Source: the human T2T-CHM13v2.0 reference genome, Homo sapiens. Taken from it: DNA of 64,000 bases. Of the stretch, positions 45,700 through 59,388 are shown piece by piece. The first letter of the stretch is position 1. Each line of letters starts with the position of its first letter. A program made the translations under genes and the position numbers. The notes beneath the pieces were generated by a model, which saw only the letters and a list, made by a program, of their open reading frames with translations, was not told where the DNA came from and searched no databases. Location of the stretch: NCBI RefSeq assembly GCF_009914755.1, contig NC_060941.1; one strand, written 5' to 3'.

Positions 45700-47984
45700 A
45701 GAAAAAGAAGTGGCCACCCTTTATGCCCCAGGCATTTGTGGTGTGGGCAAGGAAGGAGAATTGGTTTGTTTATGCTTCCTCTTTCGAAATGATGGGTGGG
45801 TCCTATGTTTATGAGCACATTGCATTGATATGAGTTTGTAGAACTCTTTTAATTCCTTGGAAGAGCCACCTGTTTCCAACTCAACCCTGCCCTACCCTGG
45901 TCCCAGTTTCTTGGGATCAGTTAGTAGAAATTGTGGAATAATAAAATTGAGGTTATATTATCTCTGATGATCAGATAGGAGATAAATTCCAAACCAGAAG
46001 GAACAGGAATCACCTATGCCCTCTCCTTTCTCCCAGATCTGAGGGTGGGGCATGGGCAGGCATGGCTGTAACGTTGAGGCAGTTGCACCGGGTCCTCTGC
46101 TCCTGGCTCGGGTGTTCATCCGCCACGTGATCCACTTGATCTCTTTGTACTTCAGCTTCTTTACCTGTGGAATGGGAGTTCATGATACTCACCTGCATTT
46201 TTTTAAACATTTTTTTAAAATTTGGGACGGAGTTTCACTCTGTGGGCCAGGCTGGAGTGCAGTGACACAATCTCGGCTCACTGCAACCTCTACCTCTTGG
46301 ATTCAAGCTTCTCCTGCCTTGGCTTCCTGAGTAGCTGGGATTACAGGCACACACCACCACACCCAGCTAATTTTTTGTATTTTTAGTAGAGACGGGGTTG
46401 CACCATGTTGGCCAGGCTGGTCTCAAACTCCTGACCTCAGATGATCCACCCACCTCAGCCTCCCAAAATGTTGGGGTTACAGGCGTGAGCCACCGCGCTC
46501 GGCCTCACCTGCATTTTTCTAGGATTATATTAGTGTGTCTCAAAGAAACCCAAACTGAGAGTGACTGAAAGAAGATGGGGGCAAGGGAATGGTTGTGTGT
46601 CTTGACTATTATCAATATCAATATCCTGGCTATAATATTGTACTATAGTTTTGCAAGATGTTAACATTGGGAAAATTTGAATATTGATGCTGAAGAATGC
46701 ATGAGCTATTTCTGTATTGTTTCTTTTTTGTAGTTTTTTGTGGTTGTTGTTTTGGATTTGTGTGTGTGTGTGTGTGCTGTTGTTGTTGTTGTTGTTGTTG
46801 TTTCTGAGACAGGCTCTTGCTCTGTTGCCCAGGCTGGAGTGCAGTGGGTGTAATCAACCTTGAACTACTAGGCTCAAGAGATCTTCCTGCCTCAGCGTCC
46901 CAAGTAGCTAGGAGTACAGGTGCATGCTACTATGCCTAGCTAATTTAAAAAAAAAAAAATTGCCAGCCTGGGCAACATGGCAAAACCCCATCTCTACAAA
47001 ACATACAAAAAAATAGCCAACCATGGGGTCATACACTTGTAGTCCCAGCTACACAGGAGGCTGAGGTGGGAGAATCACATGAGCCCGGGAGGTCCAGGCT
47101 GCAGTCAGTGAGCCATGACTACACCACTGCACTCAAGCCTGAGCGACAGAGTAAGACCGTCCCAAATTTTTTTTTTTTTTTTTTTTTTTTAGAGACAGGG
47201 TCTTGCTCTGTCACCCAGGCTGGTCTCAAACTCCTGGGCTTGAGCAATTCCCCTGCCTTGGCCTTCCAAAGTGCTGGGATTACAGGCATGAGCCACCGTA
47301 CCTGGCCTGAATATCATTTCTTACATCTGCATATCAATCTACAAATATCCCAAAATAAATAATTTAATTTTCAAAAGCAAAAAAAAGAAAAAAGAAAGGA
47401 GATGGGAGTTTCTTTATCTGGGAGACAGCCAGTCTGTGACTGGTGTGGTAGCTCCTGCTGTCCAGGCGTCAGGCTCCTCTCTTGTTGCTCTGTGGTGCCC
47501 CAAATCACTATGTGGTCCAAAATGCTACCATTCTTTTCCCGTCACAAGCAGCATTCCAGCCTGAGGAAGAAAAAAAAGAGAAGATGTCCCTTCCTCTGAA
47601 AGTTTCTTCTCTGAAGTTGCACACACTATCTCTCTTTAAACCCCACTGGCCAGGACCTCACCATCTGGCCAGATCGGCTGCCGGGGAAGCTTGGAAACCT
47701 GGTCTTTATTCCACACAACGTGGCCAGCTAGATGTCTGAGGGTGTGTCATGAGAGAAGAAGGACCTATTGGGGTTTCTGTCACACCACCTGTCAGAGCCG
47801 CTGTGAAGACACAGGAGAAAACACATATGCCAATTGAACTGGATTTTTTTTTTTCCCCCATAAATCAGCCTGCCGATTTCCCAATTAGAATTTCCAGGAG
47901 ACCACTGTTTGGTCTGAAAACCATGGTGAATAATGGAAAACCAAGTTCCAAACTAAATGGGACTCCTGGTCATTGTGAGAATAG

Positions 47985-48215
<231 letters not shown>

Positions 48216-49298
48216 TGATCCACCCACCTCGGCCTCCCAAAGTGCTGGGATTACAGGTGTGATTCATCATTCCTGGCCAGTTCCCAGACTTTATAGGTGG
48301 GGAAGGTGAGCTTTAGAAAGGAGAAATCCTGTGTCTTAATTTGAATTCTCCTGAGAACAAGGACTTGGGTGCAGGTAGTTTATTTTGGAGAGTGATCCTA
48401 GGAAGTGGGGATAGGAAGTAGAGAGAGCAAACAGGGAGTGGGGAAGCTGATGAGGGGATGTTATTAACATCATCACCCTAGGCAACAAGAGCTTCATTCA
48501 CCTGGACCTCTGAGAAGGTACAGATACCTCCCAGAAAAGGGGAGACTTGGAGCTCCAGCCCCATGGGGTTGACTGCTGTCCCTGGAGGCATGAGCTCCTC
48601 TTCCAGGCTGGGCTGGCCTGCAGAACCAGGGACTCCCACATTGAGGAAGTTCCTGAGCAGGCAGCAGACTCCCAGGGAGCCACCCCAGCAGCTGTAGCTA
48701 AAACCAAGGGTGGGCGGAGGAGCTGTGACATAAGACACCCATCACCCACCCAGCCAGCAGCACACCTGCATTGAGACCTCGGGTCCTCGAGTCCCTGGCC
48801 TGGTGCATTCTCCCCGTGTCCCCCGAGCTTCAGAGCATCAGCAGTGTTCCTCCTTCACTGTGACGCTTGTCCTCACTTCCCAGGTGAGGAGTCTAAGAAA
48901 ACAGCCTTTCCATCAGCCCCTGTCGTGACAGACCCTCCAGTGGGATGGTAGTGGCTGCCTCACCCATTTACAGGGCAACCCAGTTTTGCTCCTTCTGCCT
49001 TGAAATTTGTTCCTCCCAGAAACTGTCCCTCACAAGGCATGAACAATCAATAGAAGATATACGTGGTCTTCCCAGCACTACAGCTGCAGAATGAGCTGTG
49101 GAGTGCCCCGTCCGGAGTCCTGAACAGCTTCAAACTTTTCCCCTTTAGAAATGCCTGACACGCCCCAACCCCAGTAATCATCGTGCATTTAACTTAGGGG
49201 TTGCCTCACCCTTGGGAGATCCAAACCCCCAGGCTGACTTCCTGTCCTTCATGGAGGAGAAGGCTCTTGTCTGCAGTGTACTCCTCAGTTTCTACTCA

Positions 49299-50129
<831 letters not shown>

Positions 50130-50862
50130 CTATTCCTAGGACTGCGTGTCCTCACTGGCCTGCTCTAGGTGACAGTTTCTGAGCTCTTACTCAGACCTAG
50201 GTGGGAATGTGAACAGAGCAAATTCTGTTCCCATAGGAGAAGATGTGCTCTGGCTTCCAGACCTTCCAGGCCATCATTGGATATGGGCTAGGCAGTCCCT
50301 GGTGGAATCCAGGTAGAAGCTCCCAGGGCCCCCTAGGCTGAGGACCACACCATTGGTGGCCATCTCTGGCCAGGAGGGTGTGGAGGTTTGGAGGGACATG
50401 CAGCATCTTCCTTCATCACTAATGGGATGGGAAGAGGACCAGTTTTCCACTCTAGACCTTGGCAGATCTCAGTAGACCCTGAGGGCCCACAGATTTCATA
50501 GACATATGGAATTGAATGAAATTACAAGGGGGAGAAGCAGGAGGAGCTGAGGTTGGTAGTTGAGATGTGAGGAGTGTGGGGAAAGAAACCCCACTTCTGT
50601 CCCATGTACCCCTAGGAGAGAGTAGGTTATCTTCTTTTGGTTCTCTTCTTTACCGAATAGCCTTAATCCGAGAGTTGAAATGATTTGTTTACATACATTT
50701 CTCTTCCTACCACACTATGGCTACTTAGAGGGCTGGGAGCAGTGTCTTATCCATCCCTGTATCCCTAGTACCTGGCACAGGGCTGGCACATAGTAGGTGC
50801 TCACTAAAGCTTGCTTGAATAGATGAGTCAAAGGCGGTTGGGGTGGCTTAGATGGCCAAGAG

Positions 50863-51070
50863 AGTGGTTGTCAAAGTGTGATTCATAGAATCCTCACCCA
50901 GTCCCACATCAGAATCACATGGGATTCTGTTAAAAATTCAGATTCTCCCGGTCCACTCCCCAGAAGCTCTGCAATGAGTAGGCATTGCAGGGGCCCAGGA
51001 ATTTGCATTCTTTGTGAGATCCTGAGATGATTCCGAAGCAGCTCTCCATGGACCACATCTTGAAAAACTG
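50863..51070. mobile_element. MER5A-like hAT MITE
   Basis: agtggttgtcaaagtgtg...catcagaatcacatggg...ggggcccaggaatttgcatt...ttgaaaaactg. Confidence 0.75.
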
Positions 51071-52216
51071 TCACTTGGAGGAGGGAGTGACACTGGTTGA
51101 GAAGGTTCCTTCTGATGTCCCTGGAGGGACAAGGGAGGGATCAGCCCATAAACACAGATCCTGGTTCCAACATCCATCCATCCCTCTTCACTTCATAAAT
51201 GATGTGGGTCCACTTGGGCCCATGGGTGGAGAAAACCCCAACCCCAGAACCTGGAGTTTGGGGGCTCTCCTCATTCTTCCAGGCCCAATGTCCTCTGCTC
51301 TGGACCCTTTGGTTTCAGCTGGGTTCAAGTTCCAGTCACCCTCCCGTTCTCACAGCACTCCCTTTCATTTTCCATGCCCCAGCCACAGAGACAAGCTCTC
51401 CTCTGCTGGAAAAGCCCTCCTCTCCCTTCTCTGATGATTAATACTTCCTCACCCTTCAGCTGTCAGCTTAGGCATAAATTTCTTAAGGGAGTTTTCCTTG
51501 GAGCCCCAGGTGATCCCAGATTCCGTCTTACAGGTGCTCCTAGGACCACGGCCCCTTCCTTATCTCAGCTTTCTAAACATACATTCATCATTACCAAGGT
51601 TGACTGCACTCCTGTCTTTCCCACCAGACCCTTATCTCTGCAAGGACAGGGACTGTATTTGGCTTTGTTCATTTTTTACCATTGGGCCCTCTCTGTGGTG
51701 GGTGTTTCCTAAATATTTGTTGGAGGAATAAATGTTGGCTAAGTACTCCGTAGGGCTGAGGAGGCCATAGTATGGGTGGCCCCAGGGCCCAGGTCTAAGA
51801 GAGGCTGCCTTAACCCAGCTTTGAGGGGACAGACAATGGGCCTCAGATGGGCTGGGATTCCCCCCACAGTCTGCCTCATGGCTCCCATTTCCTGATTTTC
51901 TAGGCTGTTCCCACCCACGAAGAGCTAATATGTCTAATTTCCCCAGAGACAGGGAGCTTCTTAGAAGAAGGACTGTGGCTTGTTCTATCTCTAGTCCTAG
52001 CATAGTACTTGGCACATACGGGTGCTCACTGAATGTGTGTCGAAAGCATGGTCGATAAATGCCATGAATGGACGGTAAAATGCCTGTCGACTACAGAGCA
52101 CTTCACCATTCGCAAAGCACCTTTGCAGGCCTGTTCACGCTTGAACGTCATGGCCCTGCTATGGAATAGGCAAGGCAGTCTCTTCATCCCCTTCGAGCCA
52201 AAGAGTAAACAGATAA

Positions 52217-52408
<192 letters not shown>

Positions 52409-53672
52409 TAAAATGTTTCATAGAGACAGGGTTTCCCTATATTGCCCAGGCTGATCTCGAACTCCTGGGCTCAAGCGATCCTCCTGCTGCAGCCTCCCAA
52501 AGTGCTGGCAAGACTTTACAGGTGTGAGCCACCATGCCTGGCTCAGGTGCCACAGTTAATAAAAGGTGGGGAAAGTTAAGTGGAGCAGTAATGGAAGTGC
52601 AGGTTCTCCTCCAGCTTGACGTGCCCTTACTTAGGGGTTGTCTCTTACCTGGCAGGGCTGGGAGGAGATGGGTAGTTCCTGAAAGGCCGATGGAGAAAAC
52701 TGGGGAGTAGGTTACTACTCCCGTGACTGCCCAGGCCTCTACCCAGACCTGTTTCCACCTGTGCACTGAGATGGATAGGTAGCCACATGTGAGAGGTGAA
52801 GAGTCCCGGCCCCAGACTAGAACCCGAGCCAGGTCCCGAGCTGGCTGCTTCCTCCACTCAACATCCCCAGCTCAGTACTCTCAGGCTCTTGGTGCCCCTT
52901 GCTTATCTGACATCTGGCCCCTTTGCCTTAACTGGCTGCTTTCAGCCAGCTTCTTAATTCCCTGGAGACAGAAACTGCCTGCCTGCCTTGTGACATCATC
53001 TGAGAGTGGGAGCTGGAGCCCAGGTGCCATTTGGCATATAGGGGCTTTCTTCTTCATCTGCAGGTGCCCAGGATCTTTAGCACCTGGCACTGAACACCTA
53101 CAGGCCTGTGGAATAACAGGGGCCGCCCAGCTGCCTCTCTTAGGGCCTCCATCTGCCCTCTCCTTTATCCCTTTCCTATTCTGTCTTTGGCTTTCAGGCC
53201 CTCAGGAGAAAAACTGGCCCACCAAGGAGTCTAAAATCCTAAGACCTTGGATTCAAGCCCAGGGTCCAGGCACGCTTCCCTGGTTCCTCAGGAAGGACCC
53301 CAGTGACCTGTTTATTCTCCAGGAGGCAGGGGCTAGGGGTGAAGGCATGGTCCTGCTTTGTAAGATCTGTCTGTCTGCACAGGCAGGCTCTCCCAGGCTT
53401 CACTATGGCATCTCACCTTTCCCGGGAAGGCGAAGGAGGGCCCTTTGCTCCAGCTTGGTGTAACCTTGTCCCTGTCCTGCTGCCTTGGGATTAGGCTTGA
53501 GGTTGGGAAAAGGGTCTGGGGGATTTTAGGCTTACAAGAAGATCTGGAGGAAACCTAGTGGTCTCTAACACATTGTCAGCAGCCTACCCCCTGGCTTGGC
53601 TGGGTGTGCCATGCCCTTGGTTCCAGGGAGACTGATCTGGGACAGTCAAACCCATAGCTCCTCTCCCTACAG

Positions 53673-53868
53673 TTCCAGAGAGGTGGATCGCATGGTCTCC
53701 ACGCCCATCGGAGGCCTCAGCTACGTTCAGGGGTGCACCAAAAAGCATCTTAACAGCAAGACTGTGGGCCAGTGCCTGGAGACCACAGCACAGAGGGTCC
53801 CAGAACGAGAGGCCTTGGTCGTCCTCCATGAAGACGTCAGGTTGACCTTTGCCCAACTCAAGGAGGAG
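53673..53868 (+). CDS. ACSF2: ACSF2 coding exon 2
   Basis: ccctacag|, (S)SREVDRMVSTPIGGLSYVQG...LTFAQLKEE, |gtgggt. 196 nt. Confidence 0.96.
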
Positions 53869-54237
53869 GTGGGTCCTGACCTGGAAACCTCAAAGTGGGC
53901 AAGTACTAGCTCCCAAGCTGCCCTAGCTGGGCAGAACCAGGAGCGTGGGCACCTGGCTATGGGGCAATGTGCTAGGGCTGCCAGAGAACCCCGAGGGATG
54001 GCAGGAGAAGGAGACAGGACTGACGCACAAGGGGTCCAATGCCTCCTGTATCAGCAGCTCCTGGGGCACCTGTTAACTATGCAGGCCCCAGGGCAGACCC
54101 ACTGAGGCTGGGAATCTGCCTGTCCCTTTGTCCCCAGTGACTGTGATGAGAACTCCGGGCTAAGGGCTGAGGGTGGGAGTCTTGGGCCCCTTCCTGCTTG
54201 CCCCCTTTCACCCCTTGCGCCCCATCTTTTACACTAG

Positions 54238-54366
54238 GTGGACAAAGCTGCTTCTGGCCTCCTGAGCATTGGCCTCTGCAAAGGTGACCGGCTGGGCATG
54301 TGGGGACCTAACTCCTATGCATGGGTGCTCATGCAGTTGGCCACCGCCCAGGCGGGCATCATTCTG
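54238..54366 (+). CDS. ACSF2: ACSF2 coding exon 3
   Basis: tag|, VDKAASGLLSIGLCKGDRLGMWGPNSYAWVLMQLATAQAGIIL, |gtgagg. 129 nt. Confidence 0.96.
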
Positions 54367-54628
54367 GTGAGGAGGGGCTTGCTTGGCACAGCTTGGTGTG
54401 CATGGGGGAACATCACTGAAGGGGAGCCCCTCAGGCCCTCAGCCCCAGGATCAAACCAGTGCCTTGTTGGTTTCAAACCAGGTAGTGCTTTCTCCTGAGG
54501 CCCACCAAGGAGGTCTCTGGGAGTTAGGGGGCTGTAGAGTGCTGCCTCTATGCCTCCTGGGGGCGGAGGGGCAGCAGGAGGGACAGGGTCTGCCCAGAAT
54601 ACTGATATGCCCTCGCCGCTTCCACCAG

Positions 54629-54682
54629 GTGTCTGTGAACCCAGCCTACCAGGCTATGGAACTGGAGTATGTCCTCAAGAAG
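54629..54682 (+). CDS. ACSF2: ACSF2 coding exon 4
   Basis: cag|, VSVNPAYQAMELEYVLKK, |gtacag. 54 nt. Confidence 0.95.
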
Positions 54683-54881
54683 GTACAGCTCATTTGTCGG
54701 GGAGGGGCCCGGCTGGGGCCTGGCACAGGGGGCTGCACAGACTCTGCTTGTCAGAGTCTGACGGTGTGAGCTAGGGCATGCATAGGCGGGTGATACGCAG
54801 AGTGTCCTTCCTTAGGCCATGTGTGATTGGAAGGTGGCCCCAACTCCAAGGAGAGCGTGGTTGGTCAGACACAAACCTGGC

Positions 54882-55095
54882 GTGAGTGTGCAGGGACGGG
54901 GGCATGTGTGTGTCAGGGCAGAGGTGTGTGTGTGTGTGTGTGTGTGTGCGTGTGTCCATCCTCATATGTGATGCATATGTGTCTCAGGGTGTGGTGTGTG
55001 TGTCTCGGGGCTGGTACATGTGTGCATTTGTCTTGGAGTGTGGTGCCTGTGAGTGTGCTGGAGGTGTGTGTGTCAGAAGCGGGTGCATCTGTATG
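54882..55095 (+). repeat. (TG)n microsatellite (core about 54924-54956) within a degenerate TG-rich tract in ACSF2 intron 4
   Basis: gtgtgtgtgtgtgtgtgtgtgtgtgcgtgtgt plus many shorter TG runs. Confidence 0.95.
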
Positions 55096-55179
55096 AGAGC
55101 AGCTGATTAGTGAGGACTCCCCCAGAGCTCTAGTCTGGGGCTCCCCGCTGACTGGAGGTGGGGGACTCCCCTTCCACAG

Positions 55180-55298
55180 GTGGGCTGCAAGGCCCTTGTG
55201 TTCCCCAAGCAATTCAAGACCCAGCAATACTACAACGTCCTGAAGCAGATCTGTCCAGAAGTGGAGAATGCCCAGCCAGGGGCCTTGAAGAGTCAGAG
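55180..55298 (+). CDS. ACSF2: ACSF2 coding exon 5
   Basis: cag|, VGCKALVFPKQFKTQQYYNVLKQICPEVENAQPGALKSQ(R), |gtgggt. 119 nt. Confidence 0.96.
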
Positions 55299-55415
55299 GT
55301 GGGTGTGTCCCAGGTTAGTGGGTGGTGCATCATTCAGCATCCCTGATTCCTTCACTTCCTACCCACCCTGCCCCCTCCCTCAGCCCCTGTCTCTCACAAT
55401 CGTCCCCAACCCCAG

Positions 55416-55581
55416 GCTCCCAGATCTGACCACAGTCATCTCGGTGGATGCCCCTTTGCCGGGGACCCTGCTCCTGGATGAAGTGGTGGCGGCTGGCAGC
55501 ACACGGCAGCATCTGGACCAGCTCCAATACAACCAGCAGTTCCTGTCCTGCCATGACCCCATCAACATCCAGTTCACCTCG
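55416..55581 (+). CDS. ACSF2: ACSF2 coding exon 6
   Basis: cag|, LPDLTTVISV...DPINIQFTS, |gtaggg. 166 nt, holds the first half of the AMP-binding P-loop. Confidence 0.96.
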
Positions 55582-56151
55582 GTAGGGCAGAGGTCTCCAG
55601 GCCCCAAGCCCAGATGGACACATGCCCCCTGCCCCTGTGACACTTCCGCGGGGATGGGGAGACAGCAGAGGAGAGCATGCCTTCTTTACTGAGACTGGCC
55701 TTCAGCTGTCCTCTCTGCCCTGGAAAATATCAGCACCTGGTGTCCTTGTCACATTTCCTCCCCTAGCCCCCCGCCCTCTCCACTCCAGCCCTCTTGTTCC
55801 CGGTGCAGTGGCAGATTCACTGAACCAACACAGGTTGGAACTGCTACAGGCTGCCCCTCATTTAGCTGATGAGGAATCAGAGACGCAGAAGAGAGAATTT
55901 GCCCAAGCCAGCTTGTGGGTGGCAGAGTTCTCTGGGCCATGTAAGTGGCATGAGAACGGAGACCTTATCTTCTGCATTGCTGGACCCTGACACCTGGTAT
56001 CGTGGTAGACCTTTTGCAAATATACTGAACAGATGGATCTGGGGCAACAATCCCTGTCTCCTGATTCCCGGTCCCGTGCTCTTCAAGGCAGTGGCCCAGG
56101 GTGGGAAGGAGATGAGAAGGAGGCCAAGCCATGCCCTGTTTGCCTTGTCAG

Positions 56152-56247
56152 GGGACAACAGGCAGCCCCAAGGGGGCCACCCTCTCCCACTACAACATTG
56201 TCAACAACTCCAACATTTTAGGAGAGCGCCTGAAACTGCATGAGAAG
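56152..56247 (+). CDS. ACSF2: ACSF2 coding exon 7
   Basis: cag|, GTTGSPKGATLSHYNIVNNSNILGERLKLHEK, |gtgagg. Completes the FTSGTTGSPKG AMP-binding signature. 96 nt. Confidence 0.97.
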
Positions 56248-56390
56248 GTGAGGCGGCACTAGGCCCAGGGCAAGGCTGCAGGAGGGGTGGCTCAGGCAGG
56301 GGTGGGGGGCTGGCTGGGCTCCCCTTGCCAGCTAGAGAGGAACTGGCGTCTGGCTCCAAGACAGACCCAGCCTCCTGTCTCCATCACCAG

Positions 56391-56548
56391 ACACCAGAGC
56401 AGTTGCGGATGATCCTGCCCAACCCCCTGTACCATTGCCTGGGTTCCGTGGCAGGCACAATGATGTGTCTGATGTACGGTGCCACCCTCATCCTGGCCTC
56501 TCCCATCTTCAATGGCAAGAAGGCACTGGAGGCCATCAGCAGAGAGAG
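56391..56548 (+). CDS. ACSF2: ACSF2 coding exon 8
   Basis: cag|, TPEQLRMILPNPLYHCLGSVAG...ALEAISRE(R), |gtgggc. 158 nt. Confidence 0.96.
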
Positions 56549-56813
56549 GTGGGCACTGGTGGACAGGCTACTTGTGGGCTGATAAAACCCTCTTGTTCCT
56601 CACTCCTGGGCCCTGACACCTTTCCAAGCTGCCTCCTCCCTCCAGCCAGGAGACTGAGGATGGGGACAGTGGAGGACCCCCAGGAGAGGACCAGTTCCTG
56701 CCTCAGGAGCTTCTCCTGCCTATTCCCTTTGCTGCAGTTTCATGGCGGGGTGGGTGAGAACAGGGAGTTCCCTTCCACTTCCAAGCCTAATTTCGAGACC
56801 TCCTCCTATACAG

Positions 56814-56905
56814 AGGCACCTTCCTGTATGGTACCCCCACGATGTTCGTGGACATTCTGAACCAGCCAGACTTCTCCAGTTATGACATCTCGACCATGTG
56901 TGGAG
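56814..56905 (+). CDS. ACSF2: ACSF2 coding exon 9
   Basis: cag|, GTFLYGTPTMFVDILNQPDFSSYDISTMCG, |gtgggg. 92 nt. Confidence 0.95.
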
Positions 56906-57213
56906 GTGGGGTGGGGCCAAGGGCAGCCAGGCTTGGGGAGGGGGCTGCTTCCCCCACAGGAATGGCCCGGGTGAGTTAGCTATGCTCCCAGTCTTTTATA
57001 TAGGGGGCAAGAAGGACGCTGTAAAAATGTGGGTGGGAGGGAGGGAGATCCCCAGTGTCCCTGGACACCAGCCCAGGCCCAGCTGCCAGGTGTAGGAAAG
57101 GCTCGGGGTCAGAGGAGAAAAGGGAGTGTTCCTCCCCTGAATGAGCTGTAGGTGAAAGGACTCCACTGGGCCTGGAGAATTGGGGAGCTGTGTCAGCCCT
57201 CTCTCTGATTCAG

Positions 57214-57290
57214 GTGTCATTGCTGGGTCCCCTGCACCTCCAGAGTTGATCCGAGCCATCATCAACAAGATAAATATGAAGGACCTGGTG
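57214..57290 (+). CDS. ACSF2: ACSF2 coding exon 10 (remaining exons lie beyond the window)
   Basis: cag|, (G)VIAGSPAPPELIRAIINKINMKDLV, |gtgagt. 77 nt. Exons 1-10 total 1215 nt (405 codons) in frame. Confidence 0.95.
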
Positions 57291-57489
57291 GTGAGTGGTG
57301 ACTGCGGCCCGGGCTGTGGGCAGGCCAGGCCTGGGATGACAACAGATGGACAGACATGGGGATGAGTCCAGGCCAGATGTTCAAAGGAGACCCTCTCAGC
57401 CAGCCCTCCTTCCAGAAAGCAGATGTGAGAAAAGATAGTCTGACCTCATCAGCACCTGGTGGGTGAAGGAGATAGGTGGCAGGGGAGTA

Positions 57490-58049
57490 AATATAATACA
57501 TACATACATTTATATTTATAGAAATCTCAGGAAGAAATTGCAGCATGGGAAGATGGACAGCAAAGCACCGATGTCCTGCTAGAACGTCCTGGCAGGTGGG
57601 GGCTGGCAGAGTTGGGGCATGGGCTTTAAAACCCTTTCTGGAAGCAAGGGGTGGGGCAAGGATCTGATGATTGTTTCCACGTGGCAGGGAAAGAGGAACA
57701 GAGGAAGGATGATCCTGGGAGGGTGGCCATCCTGATGACCAACCTGTTGTGGTTCTGATTGACTTGGGGGGGGGGGGGGTCTCAGCAACAGCTTCTCCAA
57801 GAGGAGCTGGAGGGTGGGGAAGGCATGAAGGCTGGGGAGAGGCTCAGCCTTCCTTCTCCCCAGGACACTGCTGGGTGGAGCTGGGTTGGTAGTGGAGTGC
57901 CCGAGGCCCCCTGCCAGGACGTGTCTAGGTGTAGGCAGCTCTGTGCATCAGCAGAGGCTGTGGGGAGAAGGTATGGGTGGAGGTGAGAAGGTCAGTAGTC
58001 TCTCCGGTGGAAGGCAGAGGCCAGTCACCAGGACTGGCTGGGTCAGAAC
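57490..58049 (-). other. CHAD: CHAD terminal non-coding exon (3' UTR); 3' end approximate
   Basis: Acceptor cctctttgcag|GTTCTGACC on the minus strand. Ends in an AT-rich patch with variant poly(A) signals. Confidence 0.75.
57509..57520 (-). terminator. CHAD: Probable CHAD poly(A) signal (non-canonical tandem TATAAA with overlapping AATATA)
   Basis: Minus strand reads TATAAATATAAATGTATGTATGTA. No AATAAA seen in this UTR. Confidence 0.55.
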
Positions 58050-58297
58050 CTGCAAAGAGGCAAAGATCGATGTCAGTACTCCAACAACACAGATGATGCT
58101 TGAAGAAAATGGTGGAAGTCCTGGGCAGGACCTTTTCCTCCCTTCAACAGGGGACCCAGTCGTCCCCTCCTCTCTCTGTAAAAATGGAGGGTCTGCCTGA
58201 CCCTCCAGGGGCAGGGGGTATCCTGGAAGATACCAGCTCACTTGCTGGAATCACCAAAGAGGGACATAGGGGACCTGTTTACCTGGCCCCCACCTGT

Positions 58298-58439
58298 TTA
58301 ATGGCGGCCAGCTTTCTTGGACCTCTTGGTGGGGAACTTGCAGCTGCGGAAGGCGTCCGTGTCACGGATGTGCTGGCCCTTGAACTTGGCAGGTGAGGCA
58401 CAGGTGGCATCTGGGCGGGAGGCCTTGGCTTCCAGCCAC
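58298..58439 (-). CDS. CHAD: CHAD coding exon 3
   Basis: (R)[46 protein letters not shown]. 142 nt. Total CDS 1080 nt = 359 aa + stop. Confidence 0.96.
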
Positions 58440-58706
58440 CTGGAGAGACAGAAACTTGCTGGGGCTGGGGAAGAAGGTGGGAGTGCTGGGGGGAAGGGCA
58501 GTGAACTATGGGGCCAGGATTGACTTGGCCACAGGATAGTCTGAAGCTGTCATCTTCATTTTACAAATGGGGAAACTGAGGCTCCCAGGGTCCCATGCTT
58601 ATTAGGTAGCAGATCTAGGATGCATGTCCAACATGTCTTAGTGCAGGGCTAATGTGCCTCTATCACATGAGGGTGGGCTCTGGGAGTGACATGGAAGTGT
58701 TCTTAC

Positions 58707-58870
58707 CGCCGAAGGCCCCGGAGCTGGCAGGTACACTTCCAGGGGTTATTGGTAAGGGCGAGGGTCTCCAGGCTGTCGAAGGGGAAGTTGGAGGGTAGCT
58801 GGTTCAAGCGGTTGTTCTCCAAATGGACGTGTTTCAGCGTGGTTACACCCAGGAAGGCACCATCTGAGAA
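58707..58870 (-). CDS. CHAD: CHAD coding exon 2
   Basis: cag|, [22 protein letters not shown]...[14 protein letters not shown], |gtaaga. 164 nt, start of LRR C-terminal cap. Confidence 0.96.
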
Positions 58871-58873
58871 CTG

Positions 58874-58906
58874 GGGAGCAAGGTGGGAGCAAGGTGGGAG
58901 CAAGGT
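58874..58906 (-). repeat. Perfect 11-bp tandem repeat x3 forming the CHAD exon 2 polypyrimidine tract
   Basis: (gggagcaaggt)3 on the + strand. Confidence 0.92.
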
Positions 58907-58983
58907 GGTCATGAGTGAATGAGTAAGCACCCGAGTGCCAGAGGGGCAGGATCCTTCCCTGAACCTGAGCCATAGCACTTTGA

Positions 58984-59388
<405 letters not shown>

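Noticed and set aside
52789-53463. 224-aa ORF upstream of ACSF2 exon 2
   Set aside because: No domain similarity that I recognise, non-ATG start, and no splice context linking it to ACSF2
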